Part shown: in pieces, positions 63,280 through 64,000 of the stretch
How the letters are laid out: every line of letters starts with the position of its first letter
Numbering within the stretch: position 1 is the first letter of the stretch
DNA from: Stylophora pistillata
Taxonomy: Eukaryota
Length of the DNA stretch: 64,000 nt
Direction of reading: 5' to 3'
NCBI RefSeq assembly: GCF_002571385.2
Contig: NW_019218050.1
Span: 276,333-340,332 of the forward strand
Position numbers and translations under genes: made by a program
Notes under the pieces: model-generated
What the model saw: only the letters and a program-made list of their open reading frames with translations
Databases searched by the model: none
What the model was told of the DNA's origin: nothing

Positions 63280-64000
63280 GTAAGTCATTTGTTATGATTA
63301 AGTCAGTTCGTGGTTCAGTGTCAATTGCCGTCCATCGGTGCGGAACAACAGAGTTCGAAGCAATAAGCTGCTTTTAATTATTGAATTATGTTGCTTGGCT
63401 CTGACTTAGGACTAAGCAGTAGTTGAAAGTTTCTTGATGAGTTTTTTTTCTTTTCAGTTAGTTAGAATCGATACGTGACGACTCGAGAGTCAAACAAGGA
63501 AGCAGAGTTAAAAAGAGTCAGCCCAGCATTTAGAACAATGACCCTACCAAAACCATACGCTTTTATTCACGCTTCGTTAAGAGAAGAAGTAACAAATAGG
63601 AAATGTTTCTTCATTTAAAAATCTGATAGAAAGATGAAACAGTAATGATCTCGCCATCTACCGAAAATAAAGAAAGACAAGCGTAAACGGATGCAGCACA
63701 TGATTGTAGGCTAGCATAAAGGTTAAAGTTCAAGGATTCTGGTTAAATGAAAATAACAAAGAGATGCCTGCCGCATCACGAAACATACATTTCAATACAT
63801 TTATCGCTTGGAACCAAGTTACGTACAAGTTGTAATCCCTGTCGTAAAGGTTTTAGCTTGTATATTACTTGCAAGACCAATTTAATTTAAGTTAAGTTAA
63901 TTGTGCATTTTTTTTCTCATGTGCGTTTACACAAGAGCACATAGTCGTAACCCGTTTATGACTGGTTTTCATTTCGATTAGGCGATAACTTGTAGCGGGC

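Larger units (their letters stand above)
59795..64000 (+). repeat. Local segmental duplication: ~59795-60950 versus ~62770-64000
   Basis: Colinear homologous upstream, exon and intron sequence. Confidence 0.85.

Overview
Intron-containing animal genomic DNA, about 38-40% GC by eye, with two N gaps. The repeat families and gene style suggest a cnidarian, probably a stony coral (inference). The window starts with the first coding exon of a CYLD-like deubiquitinase (- strand). Next comes a birth-and-death cluster of related TKL-type kinase genes, all with coiled coil + W-x-I + 'RCRHPCL' kinase and an intron at the same position before the 'IDVYSFG'-type exon. The cluster holds two single-kinase genes, two kinase-pseudokinase tandems (one with stops, one intact at ~907 aa), relics and the start of another copy. 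Main observation: the intact tandem kinase and two downstream copies begin with an exon resembling the N-terminal pre-CAP-Gly segment of CYLD, giving [CYLD-N-like]-[coiled coil]-[kinase]-[pseudokinase]. This recalls plant tandem-kinase proteins with integrated decoys, or a RIPK/MLKL-like module. Mobile DNA includes an internally deleted Polinton/adintovirus-like element (AGTAGT TIRs, 6-bp TSD, PLA2, two penton-like genes) carrying a nested Penelope fragment with a hammerhead ribozyme. There are also two AcademH-like elements (one carrying a UBZ-HECT fragment), a degenerate DIRS element, SINEs, MITEs and minisatellites. All gene models were read by eye and no searches were run.
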